A stretch of DNA of 64,000 nucleotides from Tubiluchus corallicola (Eukaryota; Animalia; Priapulida), in assembly GCA_030141605.1 (NCBI GenBank), contig JAQGDQ010000068.1, positions 496,001 to 560,000 on the forward strand. The letters are read 5' to 3'. The position numbers and the translations under genes were made by a program. Position 1 is the first letter of the stretch. Every line of letters begins with the position of its first letter. Positions 1 to 14,605 of the stretch are shown here, piece after piece. Below the pieces are notes generated by a model. It did no database searches. It was given only the letters and a program-made list of their open reading frames with translations, and was not told where the DNA came from.

Positions 1-3000
1 TAGCTTAGAAGCTACAGTGACGTTGCATTGTCTGACATCATTTTATTGTACTCTGCCCATAAATTTGCTGAAGTCAAAGCTGCTACTGGCTTTGCATTAT
101 AAATGAGGACTATGTAGGATGTTCGCGTGTTATTGATTATAAGTGTATTTATATGCAAAATTTTTTGTGGGGCCCTTGCTAGTATAGATATTGTAACGTT
201 GGGTGGATAGTGCTGATACACTTGTCAGGCGTACTTGTGAGGAAACCGCAAAAAAGCTGTAATAAAAGTAAAATTACTCGCCAGATATCTACTCCATTGT
301 GCTCCATGCCTATTGTCATTACGGAGCAGTTGCTGAGGTGGAAAACGCACCTGCCCGTCAGCTAACTGAACCAACGAGGCCATTCCATACCATACTACTA
401 CTAGCTGCTATGCAATTGCTTCGTAATGAATCGAACCACCACAATGTAGAGGGGTGAGGCGAAAATAAAAGGTATTTCGCCCTTATAACAATATAATTGT
501 ATATATTACCGAAATTAATGTAGCTTCGTATCTGCCATAGATGCATAGCGCTGTATAGTAGAGCTGTACAGAAGAAGAAGAAATATCCGCGACGATTACT
601 AGTTTAAGTGAATATGCAGACATGAAAATTTTGTAACGTGGAGAGTTTTAAATTTGCCCCTCTAATGCTCAATTTGGGAATATTTGAAGGCCAGTGGTAT
701 AGAATTTTTTAGATAAAACAAATCCTATATTATTCTTGATTGCGGCGTCGTATTAAACAGACGCCCTTTTCACAAACTCCGTCGGTGTGCCAAGTTTCAT
801 CTCTGTAGGCGTGTATTAGCCGAGACGTGTATACGCAAACACGCACGCACGCACAGACCTCTCAACGTACGTATTGTAATAGTTAAATAATATGATAACG
901 ATAATTATAATATACAGTCTTTATGATACTTGGGTAGGGTAGACGCTTAGACGCAGATCGACATGGCACCTTAAAGCAGTAAAAATATATTCAACTTTCA
1001 GTATAAAGAATTACAGCTTTACAAGTCAATGTATGTATAGAGTTTTATTATTCATCTTTTTCAATAAATTGTTTTCAGGCATATCATCGATCACCGCTTT
1101 AAGTTTGTAAAGCACAGTGGCGGTTATATTATAAAGAATAATCTTCTTTTCTCATAATTAATGGATGATGCAGTAACCTACCCGAGCTTTCAAGCTTTAC
1201 CCGTTTCGCATTGTCTTCGCCTTTGAAATGTAATCTTACTATTCAAGCACAGATTTAAGAATTAAAATGGTAAACTTGTAAACTGTTTTCCAGTGTTTGG
1301 CTCAAAAATGAATTCACATTAGGCCCGTGTCATACAGAGAAAGCCTGCGGATACAAACCATAATCTGTGATGATAATCCGTAATCTATAAAAGGTGTCTT
1401 CCATCTTTTTATAAGGTGTTTGACATAATCCTCGGTATGCTCCTTACTGTGTGTAAACAGTAAGGCGTTTTGTCATACTCCGTTTCGGCGACATGCGTGA
1501 ATGAATAATTTCTTACTGTAATTCGTTAATTTACCTGATTCAAAATGAGCCAACCAAAAGATCCCGTTACTTTACTTTACACAATTCCAATTTTCATTCA
1601 TACATATTTAAGTAAATTTGCTCATTACAGAATAACTGATTTCTTTAAAAAGGGTTTCATTATGCAAATCACAATAATCTGCACGTATCTAATTGCAGTA
1701 TTAGCGAAACGTGGTTTTTAAAAATTGCTTTTTAATGTTCATTAGACCATTCTGTTATGAATTCTTATGATATAAATGAACTATGCACTGTAAAACCCAC
1801 AAATAAACTAATTATCGCCTTAGCGATCACCAAAAACACCTTATGGCAAACGAAATTAATGGCCAAACTCATTTCGCTATAAGGCGCCTTTGCGAACTTT
1901 CTAATTTAGTGTTGCTTTAGTGCGTTCATTGTGCTTGATATCGTATTATGTCTTGATGCAGTGTGGACTGTGATTCACTGTTAACAGATCTTGGTTTAAA
2001 TTTCTGAGTCCGAAAAGACAGAGTACACCAATCTGTGGCATAACTTCTAGCATAGCCCCTGGGAAAGTGGAAGATTTGGGTTCCGAATCCTAATAAAAGT
2101 AAATTTTTCAGATATTATAACTACTTAGTATTGGTTTCGTGCGTTACACGATTAAAAATATGTTTATGAATAAATTGGATGGTACACCGTTTTGGTGACC
2201 AAAAACAACATTGCACAAACAACACAACACCTTTTTAATTAATCGCTTATATTTAACCAGATCTAAATGTAAATTAAAAGAGCATCAAATTGTGTGAATA
2301 GTATGCTAGTCGCAGTGCTGGTGCTGGTGAAGTGGTAATGGTTAATGTGGAACTTGAGCACATAACAGTCATTTAGTGTAAAACTGTGTCTGATCAGATT
2401 TGCAAATCTAGCATCCATTATCTATATCTATTATCTATGAAACGCATTCTTTTTGTATTATTTACTTTATTGCATCTGAATAAAATGTGCTGAGGAGTTT
2501 CCTCTTCTTCTCCACATAGACATATACTAGTATCATACATATTAAGTCTATACAAAAAGCCATTAAAATTTCCTTGGCCTGCTAGAAAAGACGTGACAAT
2601 TATTTCTATTTTTCTTTCATTAGCGGCAAGATCATTGCTTAACGGTTTATATTCTGCATTTCAAAATTTTCACCTCGAAGTTGCATAAGATGCCTATATT
2701 TATTTGTCCATGTACAAGAAACATAATTCATAGTTTGACGTTTAGTATTTTCAACATATTTTCTGGAATTTCTTCAAGATCTGTAGTACGGAAATTTTCT
2801 CTCCACACAAATTTTAAATAGTTCCTAACAAGTGACAAAGTCTGCGCATGTGTATACATAACATTTTTATAACTATACCTTTCTGACAGACGTCTTTTGT
2901 TTGACTAAATCATCACGTCTAACGGTGGAAGGCCACAAAGTATTTCAACATTACTTCGATCTGGTTTAAAAATCAGAACCAACTTCATTATAATTATCAT

Positions 3001-3499
3001 AAATTACATCTTCAAATACCGAAAGTTTTTTTTATCTAACCATGTTATAGCACCATACGGTACAAACGCCAAAATTGTATGGTGGTTTTGTAAACATTTA
3101 CAATGGTAGTAATTCGCAAACCTCTCTATTTACAGCAACTGGTTTTTTCAATGATATGTATCACACCTTTTTATGCACATTACCTGCGTGTTTAGTTAAT
3201 TTCCCGCGAAAAGTTAATTTCCGATCAACAATATAAGGCTATATTTCATTGTTATTGTTTCTAAATTATTCGGCTTGTTATTTTCATCCCATGACCCTAC
3301 TAACAAATAAAGATAAATATTTATCTTTAAAAACCATTTCTGACAGCATTTATAAAGCACAACGCAACAGCTCTGTGCAATTGTTGAACGACAGGTTTGC
3401 GGGTCTGTGTTTGACACATGCAAAGATCCATTATAAACACACTTATACTTTAACTGACTGCTTTATGTTGTCAAACATATCGGCAATGTAAAATATAAA

Positions 3500-4150
3500 C
3501 AATATTGGGGTTATGACTGACACCTGCCCCAGCCAGCACGACGACATTGTGCCAATGTTGTGACAATATTTTCGCAAGTATTGAGGCAATATGGAAATGT
3601 GGAAACATTGTGGTACCACAACGTTTTACATTTGGCAAAACAAAAATTTTCGTGACGTATTGTCACAGTTTCTACGGAAGCCCAGCATGGCGTCTAGATA
3701 ATTGTAATTTAAAATTTATCGATACTTCCTGGAATATTGCCGTGCGTAAGTTATGGTGCCTCCCATATCGAGCGCACACTTATATATTACCTTATATTGC
3801 CAATATTGTACGTCCCAGTCAACAGTTTATCAAGCGTTTTATTAAATACTGCTTTAATTGCAAACAAAGTAATAACACAGTTTGTGGCACACCAAGCTCT
3901 GTTTACTGTTAAATCAGCAATGGGTTTTAATTTACGACATAAAACTATATGTCGCACGCTGAACTGTAGTAGTTATCAGTTAGAAAATGGATATAATATT
4001 TTGGCAAGGAGATCAGTGAGGAAAAAGGTTTTGATGGGAAAACAACATGGCTAATATGGCTAGAGACTGCGCGTCGAATGCTGAGGATGTAATGTTTTAA
4101 TTTTTTAAACACAGCACAGCTGCAATCAGTTCTAAATTACATTGTTACAT
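3500..4150 (+). mobile_element. Decayed non-LTR retrotransposon, 3' part of ORF2
   Basis: TYCHSFYGSPAW...WNIAVRKLWCLPYRAHTYILP is typical of the post-RT region of invertebrate LINEs; frameshifted. Confidence 0.6.
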
Positions 4151-4764
4151 GTTAATTTGAAAGAAATTGTACTGCTTATATATTCTGCTTATCATATGTA
4201 CTGCTTATCAGAAATACTAGGCCCATTAATTCTTTTACTATCGTTATGTTATTTTTTATCACTAATCGTGTAAATAATCTTGACTGCTAACACTTTTTTA
4301 TGAAATACTTATGTAAAGTATATTCGAAATAAAATGATGTTAAAAATATGCAATATGCTAAAAGCTCTGCACAAGACTGTTTTAGGATACGACTAATTTA
4401 TGAACTATTTTATAACTATTGCACTATTGCAGAAGTGTTTAAAGAAACCGACGGAAAGACATCATCAGAAATGTAGAATGATAAATATTAAACTATGTAC
4501 ATTTTACAAATACGTGGAGACAAAACATACGCGCCTGCGTGCGCGTGTGCGGCAAACCTAATGTTTTCCATTCCGTGCTAGTCATATAGGCAGGAGGAAG
4601 CATGCCTGCTCAGCCAAGATGACAATTTTCTCATTTTTGGTGTTCAAGTAAGCAGCTTAAAAATCGATTAGCACACAGCAGAAGAACAGACATTTGTGTA
4701 AACCAAGACCCAAGATAAATCAGACGGTTTAAAGTAATTTATATGAACAGTAAATTTTATAACT

Positions 4765-5705
4765 ATGGAAAACTTCACGGTTGCTAATTTAACTTCAGAA
4801 ATCAACAGAACTTACGCAAGGCATGTATTTTTAAAGTTAATGGCATCGCTATTTGTGCTATTAGACTTTGTTATTATTGGCGGCAACGTTCTGGTGCTGA
4901 CGACAGTTTACAAATGCGCAGAATTGCAAATAAGGATGAACTCGCTTATTGTGTCCCTTGCTGTTACATATTTACTGACAGGACTAGTTGTTCCCCTTAA
5001 AGTTATTGGCTTACTACATCACAATTATCCCAGAGTTAATTCCCTTCTTAAATGGCTTATTGATAGTGTTTTAAATTTCACCTTGAGCGCTAGTTTATAT
5101 CATCTATATCTTATGTCTACCGAGAGATATTTGGCTGTCGTACATCCCTTATAAATACTACATATATATCACAAAGAAATCACTGGCTATTGGCACAAGC
5201 ATTTGTTGGATTGGTGCTTTTGCAGACACATTTGTAACATATACTGAGGCAGTACTAGGGCCAGAAAACATTGAAATATATTTCAAAGTTAGCGTGTATA
5301 TATCTTGCTACATACCCACAGTACTGATGATAGTACTATACGGAATCATATGGAAAACAGCAAGAAGGCACTTTTTACGCATAAATGCACCAAGTAGTGA
5401 AAGTAACTTAGCAGCGCACGAAATGAAAGCCACGAGGACTCTGGGCTTGGTCACAGTAATTTTTTTCATCTGTTGGTGTCCACTTTTTTTTCTGGCCATT
5501 TGTAGGAAATGCACCTGAAGGCTGCCTCCTGGATCCGGGTTTGTTTGCGTGTTTTCCACGAGAAGCTTTATTTCTAGTGTGGCTTAATAACGCGAACAGT
5601 GCCACGAACCCTTTAATATATGCGGCATCGAATACTGCATTTAGAAAAGGGTTTAAAAAACTTTTTAGTACATGTAGGTCTGTTAGAGAAAGCTGTTATT
5701 TTTAG
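4765..5705 (+). pseudogene. Intronless class A (rhodopsin-like, aminergic/adenosine-type) GPCR pseudogene
   Basis: Motifs GNVLV (TM1), SLAVTY (D2.50 replaced by Y), ERYLAVVHPL, CWCP (TM6) and NSATNPLIY...FRKGF (TM7/H8). There is a +1 frameshift near 5152 and another in the T-run near 5484-5492. Confidence 0.85.
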
Positions 5706-6019
5706 ACAACCAGATGAAGCATCCTAAATCTCGCAGGATTTACAATGACTTATCTGACTTCAGTGATTCAATCTGTTACATAAAACTGAAATGGTTTTGT
5801 TCTGTTGTATGTTAGTAATTACACTACTGTTTACATTTTTTCCAAATGTGACACAGAGTAGATGATTTTGAATATATCGTTGGATATATAGTTGAAAAAT
5901 ATATGATTACTAGCGACACACATTGTTGGCTTTATTGACGCCGTGTATTTTTTATTAAGGACTATAGTCTAACACCGCAAGAGTAATTTGCGCATAATTT
6001 TACAACAAACAGCAATAAT

Positions 6020-6535
6020 CACATACTACCTACACCATACAATCCACACTACCCACACCGTACCACCCACATCACAACACGCCTACTACACAACCCCACC
6101 CACATCACAATCCACACTACCCACACCGTACCACCCACATCACAACACGCCTACTACACAACCCCACCCACATCACATCTCCAACCCCACACTGCCGCCA
6201 CTGTTGCCGATGATGACGAACGTGGAGATGACGATGACAACCATAGCAATATCAGCAACAATAACAAAAATGACAGCTAGTGAAACAATGCAAAACATTA
6301 TACGCATAATCGAAACAGTGAAATTACAAACACTCGTAAACCCACCTGAAGCAACTGAAGCTATTTATACCAACCCCGGAAAAGAATTTTGCGCACACAA
6401 ATTTTGTACAACCACGCACGCCATACGACTCACTAGCCTCATACACCGCCTACACTACACTACTCACACCATACCACATCACACCCCAAAACAGCACATC
6501 ATCCACACCACACCACCCACAGCACACCACACCAG
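6020..6535. repeat. C/A-rich low-complexity region with a duplication of about 62 bp
   Basis: CACCA/CACAC-rich; ACCCACACCGTACCACCCACATCACAACACGCCTACTACACAACCCCACCCACATCACA occurs twice. Confidence 0.75.
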
Positions 6536-7149
6536 CCTGTTGCAACAGCTAATCAATATATCTGAAAACATCCCATTCTGTGGGTCGCTCTTGTTACTGT
6601 ATACTTAATACGGGAAATAGCATTTTCTACATCGGCATATGTAAACCTAATAGGATTAACGTCATTTTCGGTGACTATTTTTTAAGTTGATCTCAGAGAT
6701 TAAATCGTTCATACTGGTATGATCGTAGCTAATATTGTGAAAGTCATGTTTGAGGTTGTAGTTTATTAGACTACATACACATGTAGAATGACTGCTACAC
6801 TGAACACTGAGAACAAGAGTGTCCTGCACTGATCACTGAGAGTTAGACAGTAACATGATTAGCACGACTGCTGCACTGCACTGAGAGCGAGACAGTGAGT
6901 AACATGAATAGCACGACTTCTGCACTGCATTGAGAGTGAGACAGTGACTAGAAAGTAAAATCCAGTCAGTATATATAGGTATAGGTAATTATGCAAACTT
7001 GGCTTCACAAAAACCATTACTGTAAAATAAGGAGAGATCCAGTGAATATGCATATTCACTGGACCGTACAATTATACTAGGGGTGAGTTTAACTAGTAAA
7101 ATGTAAAAGGATTAGTTAATAGATGGCAGCACCTAAAAATATAGAGTTA

Positions 7150-7520
7150 CAATTTCCACAAATATCATTATATAATTTGTTATATTCTTCTGCAAAAAGG
7201 TTGTAAATCTCGGTCGGGTTTGTTTTCCCTTCTACAGAGTTTGCTACTAGCATTGATTTACCTTTAGTAGCATTGATTTCTTTGAAAAGATCGCGGTTTC
7301 TGTTATTTGAAATATGTTCAGCCATTTTTTCTTTGCGGATATTTTGAACATTTCTTTTTGCTGATCGAATTTCATAGTGATATTTAGCACCTCCTAATAT
7401 CGGCTACAATGCCGTGCCTGGGACGACCACAGTTGACCCAAAAAGAATGCCAAAAAATTGATTTTCCGTGGCCAAAAAACATGATCATTCCAACCTAGGA
7501 TAATCACATTATCCTTCACG
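7150..7520 (-). mobile_element. LINE ORF2 fragment (region upstream of RT)
   Basis: FWHSFWVNCGRPRHGIVADI...KYHYEIR...RDLFKEI...LFAEEYNKLYN. Confidence 0.6.
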
Positions 7521-8943
7521 TTACGAGTCAACGGTAAGCATTGGTTTGTGGCTCTAATACAGGCGTAAGTAATATCATTGCAGTACTAGTTTTAAAACAT
7601 CATTACAATGAATTCTGCACAATTAGTACTATATATCATATGCTTATTGAGCTAAATCACAAACAAGCAAACGTTATTTTGAAGACAAGAATGGAATGGC
7701 TCAAACATGAAATACACAACAGACAAAAAAACCTTTATATTACAGTACAGCAAAATAAAAAATCTAATCCCATTTACAATATTTCTGTAATGGTGCTAAC
7801 CGCATTTATAAAAAACCTTTTAATAAGAATATTTTTCATTTCAGTGTAATATACATTATTATACAATACAATGCGAAATTCTATAGTTTCTATATTGTTT
7901 CCGACTGTAAATGTGTCGTAAGTTATACTTAATCAAAATAAATACTTTTTATCTCGGTGTCATTGGTACTATTCGGAAACACAAACATCATTTTCACACG
8001 TACTCAAAAGTGACGGATATGTATCTATTATATCTGGTTAGAATATCATTGTTAATATACTATGTTACACCTGAAACTAAAGTGTAATTCATCTTATGTT
8101 ACATTGATATTACAAGATTTACAAATTCTCAAGCTTACTGGGATTCTGGGCTATGAATATCTTCCTACACCCCAATTTCCAGTTTATTTGCATTTGCTAT
8201 ACAAATTTATTATGCAGGTACATGTGATAACAATAAAGAATTTTGTAGCTCATGTCTGGTAAATGTAATAAAACGAGTAATGAGAGTTTAATTAAAAACT
8301 GGGAGAACAAATGCTTAATTTATCGTTTATTCATTCTTGCATTTATGAGCATTTGTTGACTTGCTTGTTTGATCTCTCATTTGTTAGGCACTAAAAGCCA
8401 TAAAGCGAAGTTTCCATCTAAGACAACCTTTACGAAAAGTGACGAAGTACAAATTCAGGATTTATAAAAATTGTTGAATAAGACATTTTTTATTAAGTAA
8501 TCGGCAGTGCCAATAGTGCCATTGTATTATTAGTTAATAGTATTAAAATAAAATGATAAAAATATTTATTGCGTTTGATTTGGAATCACATTTTTTGTAA
8601 TCCATTCCACATATCAAACGTTGTCGCTTATACATCACTATTCTGAACTGTGACAAACAAGTCAATTCAATTTGTCATGAAATACAGTGTTCCAGGAGTT
8701 CCAGGAAGTGGCCAACGCTCACAGCCAGTTAGCGTCATGCTTCAAAGTATCAAAATTTTTTCACCAATTTCGCTGATGTGAATAATGTTAAAAGCAAACA
8801 GAAGGAAGCCATTCAGTATCATTCAACTACAATTAAAAGACGTGAGAGACTTCGGTTCATGCGACAAAAATTTTCATTTTAAGAAGGTAGCTTTCTCAAA
8901 ACTCTCAACTATAAAGTTTATTAAGAACAGCTACATGGTTTCA

Positions 8944-11650
8944 TAGTAGTAGTAGTAGTAATTTATTGACAAAGATTATCTTGTTACACGGAGTGAGACA
9001 TATTGCTAGTAAAATAACAACATCCATCTTATGTCCAGAAAAAAACAAGTCGTTTAATATTACTGTAGAACAAAAATAAAACAAACAAAATAAATCACAC
9101 ACAAACACAACAAAAAAGTTGGCATAACAGACTAAAAATGTACAAATCTGCTAATGTTTTAACAGTAGCTGGAAAAACATGACAAACGTTACTGTCTATT
9201 AAACTCCTTTGCCCTAGAACCGGGTTTCTCAACCGGGGGTTAATTAACCCCCAGGGGGTTAATGGCACCAATTCTGGGGGTTAATGGGACTTTACACTCA
9301 GAAGAAAAAAAATCACCTATTTGTTAGATCAGGCCTGTTATTAGATTGCAGAGTGATGTATTAAGCGATATGACCGTGTGATAAACCTAAAGACAGTGTC
9401 ACAGTGAGATCAAAGCATATTGTTACCCCCACCCACGCAATGTTATTGAATCTGACGTAGCTAGTTGACATCTTGGTGGCTTTCTCATGGGAACGGTCCT
9501 CAAACTTGTTACAATCACAATCAAATTCCTGGAATCTGGGACTGCATACTAGTGTTTCAAATTGAAATTTGCATTATTTCAGTCATTTTTCCTTCCAGGG
9601 GTAGAGATGGGGGTTAATGGAGGCACTGAGTGGTCGACTTGGGGTTACCGATCTAAAAAGGTTGAGAACCGTTGCCCTAGAAAGACAATTATTGCATATA
9701 GTGGCAAGCACTTTGAGTGGAGTGGAGTCCATAAAAGCATCTAACGAACTAAAAGCTGCTTCATCATCAGTTCTTAGATCACTAGTGTAGCTACAATGGC
9801 ACATGATGTGTTCTTCGTCTTGCACAAGACCACAAATGCATAGACGTTGGTAGCGGGGGATTCTTGCCCAGCGTCCTGTTTCGATTCGCAGATAATGAGC
9901 TTCCAACGCAGTCTGGCTAGGGCTATTCTTTCGTGTTCGGGCACATCATATGTCTGATAAATACGATGAGTGGTTAGCGACGGGTTCATGGCTAAGTAGG
10001 TATTTCTCCTGGTTCACAGCGAGGGACGAATAGCCTGGCTGCGTGATTCTAAAAAGTCAGTTCTAGGATTTTCTTGTATTGAATCTAGAAACCCGAGACA
10101 ACTTCCCATGGGTGTATTATTACGGACAGCAAGAACTAACGCTTTCTGTAACGGCTTCTTATATAAAAATCATTCTGTACGTGTTTATGAAATTCCGTTA
10201 CCATGCCTGCATCTCAGCTTTGCACGAAGCAATACCACTCTCAGTATGAACTATGTCAGTACAAGTCTGTTGACGCACGCCAAGCATTTCTTTTAAAGTC
10301 TGTATAGTAGGCTGACAAACATATGATAGGTTTTTTCTCCACCAGGTATCGCATCCATAGAGAAATGCGCTTTTCATAGCACTTTGCCAGGCAGTTCTTT
10401 TTACAAAATGAGGAGCATCTGCGTTTTTTGGCTAAAAATGACGAGAACTTACGAAAATGTGATTGTTTAGCTTGCATGTAAGTCTCAACTTGGTGAGCTA
10501 TAGAAGAGTTGGTTATTATGAATCCCAAATTGATATAACTCCTTGTGTACTCCTTGTGTTAACAGGGCCGACACAAAAGGTTCGGTGTCTTCAGAATTAA
10601 TAACCATAAACTGGGACTTAGAGGGATGAATTCCGATTTCGTTTGCTGCACTGTACAGTCTGTTCAACTTATCAGCCAACGCAGGTCTGCATGAGGCAAA
10701 AAGAACCGTGTTATTCATCAGTAATAACAGATGCAAATATTTTAGCCATTCGTCCTTTGGTGAAAAATTAACTCAGTCAATAACGTAGGAACAGAGTAAA
10801 CAATGACCAGCTTGTAGAGCCTCCTTGCCGAACACATCTACCAGAGTCAAACGTCTCGGTCTCAATGACACTGGAACATTTCTTCAAGGTTTCGCCAATA
10901 GCTTTGAGATACCCGTTGCCGCATCCTTTAAGATCCATCATTTCCAACAACTTTTTTCCATTAACCATATAATATGCTTTCTGATAGCCAATGAAAGCCA
11001 AATACAAGATTTTATTTTTACATTGAGCAAATCAATTAAGAGTCGTACAGTAAGTATTTGCTCTAAACAACCTCGGCCTGTTTGAGCGCCAGCCCTGCTC
11101 TATTCTAGGCTTATACGTGAAAAACGAGCATTTAAAATACTATCATACAGTTTGGCAATTGCAGAGAGGATGGTTATTCCTCTATAATTTTCTTGTTCAA
11201 AACGGTATCCTTTTTTGTAAATCGTAAACATTTTTGCTAATGACCATGATTCTGGATATTCAGAACAAAAGTAATATTGAAAACAACAGTCACTAATGGT
11301 ATCTATGAATCAGGTAGCATTTCAAATAACCCTGGCGGCACCCCGTCAGGTCCTGCTGCTTCATTTGACTTTAATTGACTTAGTTGTTCATCCACTTCCA
11401 AAGGCGAAATAGGCTCGTCTAGTATTGGCATATAGACACCCGAGTCAGGAATAACTAGATTGTTGCGATTGGGTGAATTAAAGAGAGTTTCAACGTTTTT
11501 TTTTTTACAAAACTCACTGTTTGAAGGGCGCTCATCATTTAAATTAAAATCAGAGAAGTTACCTGACCAGTCAATTGACTGCCATATTTTTGGGATCATT
11601 ATCAGTTAACAACTTCACCAAACAAATATGACTGTTTCGAAAAATAGCTT
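8944..11650 (-). mobile_element. 5'-truncated decayed LINE with RT, C-terminal zinc knuckle and (TAC)n tail
   Basis: Motifs AAGPDGVP, NYRGITILSAIAKLY, VRQGGSTS, LLLMNN (degenerate DD) and HYLRIETGRW...RLCICGLVQDEEHIMCHC; many frameshifts; (TAG)n run at 8944-8960 marks the 3' end. Confidence 0.85.
9220..9674. mobile_element. hAT (Charlie-like) MITE
   Basis: TIRs CCGGGTTTCTCAACC / GGTTGAGAACCGTTG; exact 8-bp TSD CCCTAGAA at 9212-9219 and 9675-9682. Confidence 0.85.
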
Positions 11651-12540
11651 CTCTGAATTCCTGAGCCTGATTGCTTCTTATTGCTTCTTAGCAGCTGTAG
11701 CTGTTCTATATGGCGTCTTTAACAATTGAACTATTCATATTTTGCAACAATGACTCTACCAACGAATTGGAGTAATACAAATTGTCACATCAAGAAACTG
11801 ATCCTTATTTTGACGTTGTTATCAGTTTAAAGAGACAGACAAGAAAAAAAATAGAACAGAACCAGTAAATTTTAACATTTCTACTCCGAGATGCCAAAAA
11901 CTTAAACCACTGCCTACTGAAAAGAGAAAGATTTGACGGAAATGCTGAAGTTCATGCCACCGCAGTAACAGCAGTATTACAATATTTTATTCAAACTAGT
12001 TAAACGTTAACTGAACAACTGTTCCTACTGTGGCAGGAACAGCTCGACATGATGCCTGTAGTTGAATGATACGGAGCTTCAGCATTAAAGCATTCAGTAT
12101 AATACACAGCCTATTATAGTCTGTGCATCTCATTTTGTAAGGCTACTTTATCACGGAAGCTTAGTCTGTCTTACACAGCTTTTTGGAATTTTGGATGCTG
12201 CTGTACTCAATATTCACCCTGTGATAAAAATGATACTGTTGATGGGTTCAGTAATAATTGGCAGTGATGTATCATGCATCTCTTGACAACGTATTTGGGG
12301 CTTTAGCAGAACAATAAAGTTAGCTTTCACCATAACGCAGTCATAAAGGTTTTTTGTCTACCTTGCTTCAAGTTCATCCTCAACAAGTCATGCGGCACTC
12401 AAAGGTGGGGACTACCCTATAGGACTTAGTGATTTTCATTTTTAGGTGATAAGGTTAACTCTAATTCAGAACAACGGAGGTGTATTTATCGCTCGACAAT
12501 TAAGCCTACATCCCATGCAGTCTGATCTGCCACAACAGAT

Positions 12541-12593
12541 TTCCTAGTAGTCACCCATCCATGTGTGGCCCAGCTTCCTCAATGCTTAACTTC
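12541..12593 (-). other. Degenerate 5S rRNA-derived fragment (pseudogene or SINE3-like head)
   Basis: Reverse complement GAAGTTAAGC...GGATGGGTGACTACTAGGAA resembles the 5S A-box and C-box with the expected spacing. Confidence 0.45.
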
Positions 12594-12899
12594 AATGACA
12601 CTGCAAAATCAAGAGTGCTGAGCCTTAACTGTGTGTTTGCAGTAACAATCCAACAGAAAGAAGAAAGATGCTCATTTGTTTCACCGTACCTTATCGTCCT
12701 GATGTTTCACCATACATGACACAAATATGGTTACCTAACACATAAAATGGATGGTGAAGGTGTTGTAATCAAAATGTAAACTTAATAATGTAACAAAATA
12801 CAAATGGAACTATTTTGTTCTATTTTTTCTTTTGGCTTTTAACTAAAAAGGTTCTATTTGCAATAACGGATTGCAAAATTTTCCAATTTTTTAATAATG

Positions 12900-14186
12900 T
12901 TGCATATTTAAGCTGTTTTGCAGGGTCTTCCGGTTGTTGACTTTGCATAAAACTCTATAGAAGTAAATATGATCTTGTTTTTTTAGTTTAGTAATTGTCA
13001 CAAGGTTCGATTGCAATTTTCTAAGAAAAACTACAGTTTGAACTTTTTTAATATCAGCTCACGATATGTCAAAAGCTCTTGGCACAGTTGAAAGAAATGT
13101 CCTACTTAACAAAGTATCAGAAGTTTTAAAAGATGACGAAATGCACTTTGTTAGCATATTCCTGCAAAATCTTACTATCCAAGTCTGATGAAGGAAGGAT
13201 GAGCATGCCATTCTGTTCTAACATTGGTGTACCTCACGGGGATTGTCTGAGTCCCACCCTTTTCCCTCTTTATCTTGCTGTAATTATGACAGACGACAAC
13301 TACCTTGTGAAGGACTGAAACACCATTCCTATACAGATTTTAATCCAGAAAACTCCAGACCAGATAGACTAGTTGAGCATATTCATACTACATTCGCAAG
13401 ACTTTCATCTTAAATCTACATGCAATATGCAGATGATATTGCTTACATTACAGCTAACAGAGGAACTACAAGATGCAAAATGCGCGATCAGAAAAGTATA
13501 ATCTTTAAGTCAAAAATGTAAAGACGGAAAAGTACCATATTCGAAGGGGAAGTAAAGATTCATGGAAAGGGTGTAAATACCTTGGTAGCTTGTTAGACAC
13601 CAAAGCTGACATACATATAAAGAAAATTTTTGCATTGTCGATCTGCTTATTTAGATCTCACAACAGTTTTTGAAAACAATAGCTAAACTTTCTCTTCAGT
13701 GAAACAAATGTGCGGATCCTTTCAACTTTAGCTGCGCCTATGTTTCTGTACAATACTGTGCACAATAAAAGTTAAACAGAGGAAGGACATAGCTACTTTT
13801 AAAAGATGTCTCTATAGAAAATTGTTAGGTATTAACAATGAATGGCCTGGCAGAATATCCAATGATGATCCGTATGATGTAGTCAAGAAGAATCCTTGGA
13901 GTAAACAAGTAGGAAGGTAGCATTCGATTGGGCATGCATTACTAAGATTACCTTAAGAGCCGCCTCTTCCTATAGCATGTTACATAACATTCTTGAAACG
14001 ACAAAAAAGCCGAGAGGGGTCAGCTACTGACATATAATAGATAAACATATATAAAAAGATTTAGCAAAAACACTCTAGATTTGAGGGATGATGCATCGTG
14101 GGCAGTGTGGTGGCCAGGAATGTGTTGTATCAACAGGTAGGGCATGCCATGTTTTAGAACCTAGCATCACCTAGATGATGATGACT
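12900..14186 (+). mobile_element. Decayed RTE-like LINE
   Basis: DMSKA, IGVPHGDCLSPTLF, QYADD and CKYLGSLL in shifting frames; (GAT)n tail at about 14175. Confidence 0.75.
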
Positions 14187-14605
14187 ACACATTCTGTTAG
14201 AATAAAAACTATTAGATTAGACTAAAATTTATTTGACTCGCACTCAAGCCTACCCTCAGAGCAAAATCACGTAAATTATATCTATAACTTGATACCTTGA
14301 TTGAATGTAGTGATCCTACTAACACCTCAATGATCAAACTGTGACCGAGTGTGTGTGACCACAGATATAGTGTATGGCTCAAGTTGCGCAAATCAGTGGC
14401 GCGTAAGTTCGCGTCATGGCGATTACCAGTGAAGTGGTGGTGTTTCTGTGTGTTGTTGAATAAGTTTTCAATAAAACATCTCTTCTAAGTATAGTGACTA
14501 CCAGGTTATCAATTCTGTAATATATATGTTAATTCTGCATATCAGTAACTACTCACACAATGTCAGTTTTTATTGTTTATAATTCGGCTTCTAATATTTG
14601 CAGCT

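Noticed and set aside
600-885. Helitron/Helentron-like non-autonomous element
   Set aside because: Only a suggestive CCAAGTTTCA plus (GCAC)n pattern; termini and hairpin could not be defined
5988-6608. 206-aa His/Thr/Pro-rich ORF
   Set aside because: Artefact of C/A-rich simple repeats that lack stop codons
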